64,000 nucleotides of DNA from Candidatus Omnitrophota bacterium (GTDB lineage Bacteria; Omnitrophota; Gorgyraeia; JACQQV01): positions 35,860 through 99,859 of the forward strand of contig JACQQV010000031.1 in NCBI GenBank assembly GCA_016206785.1, written 5' to 3'. The notes beneath the pieces were generated by a model. The model was not told where the DNA came from, searched no databases, and worked only from the letters and a program-made list of their open reading frames with translations. A program made the translations under genes and the position numbers. This document shows, piece after piece, positions 19,301 to 22,500 of this stretch (position 1 is its first letter; the number at the start of each line of letters is the position of its first letter).

Positions 19301-19558
19301 ACGGAGGAGACCCCATCGGCTGGCACCTTTCTTCTTCGCGCCCGTGAGAATTGTTGAAACTTTTCTTAGGAGGGGGCCCGAAAGCTCGTTAAAGAGTTGT
19401 TGCTCGCCTCCGTCCTTTGCGCCGATGACGCTGTGGGTGCGAAGATGTGAAGAAGAAGTGAAGATATCCTGCAAGGCATGTGCAGGCAGGGTATTGGTAC
19501 AAAGGAATGCTTGAAGAATGATCCAACTCGAAACTTTAATCCAAGTTTTAGACTTCAT
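1301..19558 (-). CDS. Giant (6085 aa) signal-peptide-bearing multi-enzyme-domain fusion protein
   Basis: A single stop-free frame spans 18,258 nt. The N-terminus [28 protein letters not shown] looks like a signal peptide. I checked the motif positions against the DNA by back-translation: GGDTSHAAI at 16697-16723, SYKWRGA at 12521-12541 and KGSITASGD at 9446-9472. The sub-domains are listed below as separate features. Confidence 0.85.
   Translation of the reverse strand: [6085 protein letters not shown]
1304..2458 (-). other. C-terminal region (~385 aa) of the giant protein with no recognisable family
   Basis: I recognised no known motifs in this region. It is mixed charged and hydrophobic, and it ends ...[11 protein letters not shown]. 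Confidence 0.3.
2459..4171 (-). other. GTP-dependent phosphoenolpyruvate carboxykinase-like domain (aa ~5130-5700), paralogous to pckG at 55807..57579
   Basis: [38 protein letters not shown] aligns with [37 protein letters not shown] in pckG. The P-loop is [13 protein letters not shown], with Ser in place of the pckG Cys. Other matching segments are [32 protein letters not shown] and [19 protein letters not shown]. Confidence 0.8.
4259..5521 (-). other. Glycerate 2-kinase (DUF4147 + MOFRL family) domain (aa ~4680-5100)
   Basis: [54 protein letters not shown] and [10 protein letters not shown] match the conserved motifs of GckA/TtuD-type glycerate kinases. Confidence 0.65.
5609..6991 (-). other. 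D-isomer-specific 2-hydroxyacid dehydrogenase (glycerate dehydrogenase/hydroxypyruvate reductase-like) domain with a ~170-aa insertion (aa ~4190-4650)
   Basis: The catalytic domain is [42 protein letters not shown]. The NAD-binding motif is [33 protein letters not shown] and ITGHTGSA carry the catalytic His. Confidence 0.7.
7289..7636 (-). other. Cysteine-dioxygenase-like cupin domain (aa ~3975-4090)
   Basis: [25 protein letters not shown] parallels the CDO type-I motif IHDHxxSHCFxKxLxGxLxExxF. Confidence 0.45.
8279..9856 (-). other. Aromatic amino-acid ammonia-lyase (HAL/PAL family) domain with an intact MIO-forming Ala-Ser-Gly triad (aa ~3235-3760)
   Basis: [15 protein letters not shown] carries ASG at aa 3368-3370. 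[26 protein letters not shown] and GIRTAPQ are typical of histidine/phenylalanine ammonia-lyases. Confidence 0.75.
10019..11521 (-). other. Adenylate-forming (AMP-binding, acyl-CoA-synthetase-like) domain (aa ~2680-3180)
   Basis: Core motifs are present: [14 protein letters not shown] (A3), [24 protein letters not shown] (A7/A8) and [15 protein letters not shown] (A10 PxGK). No carrier-protein domain follows. Confidence 0.7.
11609..12631 (-). other. PLP-dependent (fold type II) threonine/serine dehydratase-like domain (aa ~2310-2650)
   Basis: SxKxRGA with the PLP-binding Lys in [15 protein letters not shown]. It also has [11 protein letters not shown], the glycine loop [12 protein letters not shown], and [11 protein letters not shown]...[11 protein letters not shown] at the C-terminal side. 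Confidence 0.7.
14009..15361 (-). other. Degenerate second PEP-utilizer half (mobile-domain-like plus TIM-barrel-like) lacking the catalytic His and with TNDLTQ replaced (aa ~1400-1850)
   Basis: [12 protein letters not shown]...GDFVLF...[15 protein letters not shown]...GKPVLVGI...[10 protein letters not shown] parallels the first swivel domain, but GGDTSHAAI is replaced by [30 protein letters not shown] parallels [10 protein letters not shown]. A coiled-coil-like segment at aa 1550-1640 lies between them. Confidence 0.45.
15524..18661 (-). other. Complete pyruvate-phosphate-dikinase/PEP-synthase-like module (aa ~300-1345): ATP-grasp N-domain, phospho-His swivel domain, PEP-binding TIM barrel
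   Basis: [14 protein letters not shown] matches the PPDK_N nucleotide-binding motif. [21 protein letters not shown] matches the PEP-utilizer mobile domain with the catalytic His. [10 protein letters not shown] plus FTCGLCGQ matches the PEP-utilizer TIM-barrel motif with the catalytic Cys region. The domain order is the same as in PPDK/PpsA. Confidence 0.75.
18839..19201 (-). other. ParB/sulfiredoxin-like nuclease-fold motif region (aa ~120-240)
   Basis: [17 protein letters not shown] resembles the ParB-like nuclease domain signature DGHHRlxAxxxxG. The assignment is tentative. Confidence 0.25.
19475..19558 (-). other. Predicted signal peptide of the giant protein (aa 1-28)
   Basis: Positively charged N-terminus (MKSK), then a hydrophobic core WIILQAFLC, then an AHA-like cleavage motif. 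Confidence 0.5.
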
Positions 19559-19592
19559 GTAAATGTTCCCACGTTATAATCCCTTGAAGACC

Positions 19593-22500
19593 TTAGAGAC
19601 CGCGGTTTTCGCGATAGAACTTGTCAAACTCTTCGAGTTCCTGGCTAACCGGCTGAAGAATGACTGTAAATTCTCTTCCTCCGCTTTGAAGAAGTGCTTC
19701 TTTAGCCACTTGATCCATCCCAAAGATTTCAACCATTTCACGGAGGGCCAAGGCCCCATTGGCAACTCCTGATTCACCCTTTGCTGGATTTCCAGCAACG
19801 AGATAAGCGTAGAGGCGAACCCCTGCTCCCCGATAGAGAGCGACAATCTCTTTCGGAGCGATCAACTCACGAAGTGGGGAGCCCTGGAATTCCAATTCCT
19901 CAGCCACAGCTACAGGATCTGTGACATCGACCTGATCTTTGGTTAAAGTCACCTGGAATGCCCCACGAAGATCGACAACGCCATTGGAATCCTTAAAGAC
20001 CCCTGCAACGACCGCGTTTCCAGATCTCCCTGAGGTTGAGATGAGACTAAATCCAATTTTGGAACCTGAACGCTTCAGTTGACCGGCAAGATGCGCAATC
20101 TGTCGAGCGATTGTGAGATTATTAAGCGCCTCTTCGTAGACGGCCACCGTCCCCAGTTCTTGAGACTGGAGAATGGCGGACGACAAAGGTTGTGACAATG
20201 ACGGGAATGTTCTCGTCAAAATATCCCTCACGGACGCGACATCCGTTCTTGTACTTCCATCGGCAACAGCGATTGGTGAAGCCTGAACCTCCGCATAAGC
20301 CGGTGTCGCCATCGGCGTCGAAACAGGTATGCCAGCCGGCACACCCGAAAGAATGTGGAGCCAATTCGTCTCATAGACAGGCTGATTTGGGGAAAACGCT
20401 TCATCAAGACGTACCGCTACTTCATTCGCCCGCTGTCTTTCTTCTGTGGTCATCTGACGTAAGATTTCCCCTACGGCATCCCGCACCGGCAAATCTACTC
20501 CTGAATTTTGAGAGGTAGTAAGAAGAAGTTGTGCAATATCGGAATCGCTACGCGGTTTGACCCCTGCAATAGCCTTCACCGCGTCCACACTTTGAAGCGG
20601 CTTCGCCTCTTTCCGCCCACCGTCCATCACTCCCGCGAGTTTCTTTGCGATATTGAGAGGCGTGTCAATCATATACTCCCTAAAATCAGGGCCGCGGAAG
20701 GCCATCGCCCCCGCTGGCGGTACTCCCATCCCCACAAGCCGCTCGTAGGCGCGAGTGACCCTTTCGATATCGACCCCCTCTTCTTTCATCTTATTGACCA
20801 CTTGGCGAGCTTTTTCATACTTGACTTCCTCCGCGGCAATCATTTCGAGGCGCTCCTGGGCATATTTCGTAAGAGTTGCATCGTCGTCTTCCGAAAGAGG
20901 TTTAAGGATCCCCTTTACAATATCCGCCACGGACCCGCCCTTTTCCACCTTCCGGAAAGTCTCCTTGTACTGACCTTTAAACCGGTCATCGAGTTCTACC
21001 AGGATATTCATCGCAAGTCTTCTGGCGATATCCTGCTGGGGGGTGAGCGTCAGGGAAAAAGTATTCAAGAGTTCATAACTGGTTCCGGCAAAGAGCCCTT
21101 TCTGCACCACGTGTCCTTCGCGCGCCACGTCCACCATTCCCGTTTCCTGAAGATGGGTGTCGATTTCATCCAGAATCTCAAGGACCTTGTCGAATTTCGC
21201 ATAGGCCGAATAGAGTGTGAACAAATGATCAAACACAGTAGCCATGAGGACTCCGGAGAGAGAATCATCCATCATGGGAAGAGGAATAACGATAGTAGCA
21301 CTTTTGCGAATCCGTTGGTCATTGGCAAGAGATTCATCCACAACAGCAATAACATTTCCTTGGGATCCTCCTTTATCCAGAGGTCCGATACGATCGCGAA
21401 TTTCCCCGAGAGCCTGAACCATCTGTTCCGTGTAACTATCTTTTCCAATATAAAGGATAGTGGTCATCCCGGGTTTTAATTCTGCATAAGGGCCATGTTT
21501 CCCGACATTCGCAGGATAGTTTTTGACCCGTTCATGACGGAGCACTTCCTGAAGTTTCAAGCGGCTTTCTGAAGCGACGACCGCGTAGGAACCCAGCCCC
21601 TCAAACCAGATAAAAGGATTGTCTTCTCGACCAAAAGTGGCTTGGACCGCAGTCATTACTTTTTCAAGAAGGTCGGGGTTCACTTTTCCTCTGTCATCAA
21701 TAAAGATTTTGCTCTGGAGGGCATCGACAACGTCATACAGCCTTTTGACGATGACTCTTACCTGATCCTCTGTGACGCGGTTTGTCTTAAGCATGAAGTC
21801 AGTCAACTGAAGGGTCATTGCGATGATTGCGCCTGTCAGCGATCCTGTCGCGGCAACGGAATTTTCAAAGGTGTTGATCGTGTGTACGCTGTGCGGCGTC
21901 TGGTCCTGGGCGCGGGCTAAGTTATCGATCGGGCTTCCCGGTACGTTGGTAAGTACAGAGACCAGGATGCGATCTTTGGGATTCTCAACTTTTACATTGA
22001 TGTCTTGAATCATTTGAAGCGCCTGCTTTGTTTCTTCGGTCGCTCCACTATTGGAGACACCGATCACCAGATGGCGAGGACCCTGGTGATCGGCATTCTT
22101 CAAAAAATCCTCATAAGAAGCGAGTTCCTTGGGAGGAGAGACCTTGAAATCAAAACCGTTTCGGGGGTGAATGGGAACTTCAAGAACTTTGTCGAAGATA
22201 GAAGCAATCGTCTCGGAGAGATGGGCGCTTGTTCCAACACCGACGAGCCAAATATGACGGATGTTCTTGAGGTCCTCGGCGCCGTAGTTCAGCTGATGAA
22301 GGTAAGGCAATCCATTTCGCGTCAGAGAATTTAATGTTCTCCTCCAAGCGACTCTTTGTGCAAAAATTTCCTGTTCAAGATAAGTGTCCCGCCCGCGCTC
22401 GAGACTTTCAAGATCCACCTGCGGTGTTAAAGTAGGAGGGATGATCGGATCGCCTGTGATATAATTTTTAAATTGGACATCGGTCCCTTTCACGGTGACA

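Noticed and set aside
1301-19558. NRPS/PKS-type megasynthase interpretation of the giant gene
   Set aside because: An adenylation-like domain is present, but I found no peptidyl/acyl carrier protein motif (LGGxSL), no condensation HHxxxDG, and no ketosynthase, acyltransferase or thioesterase motifs. The other modules are soluble metabolic enzymes, not assembly-line domains.
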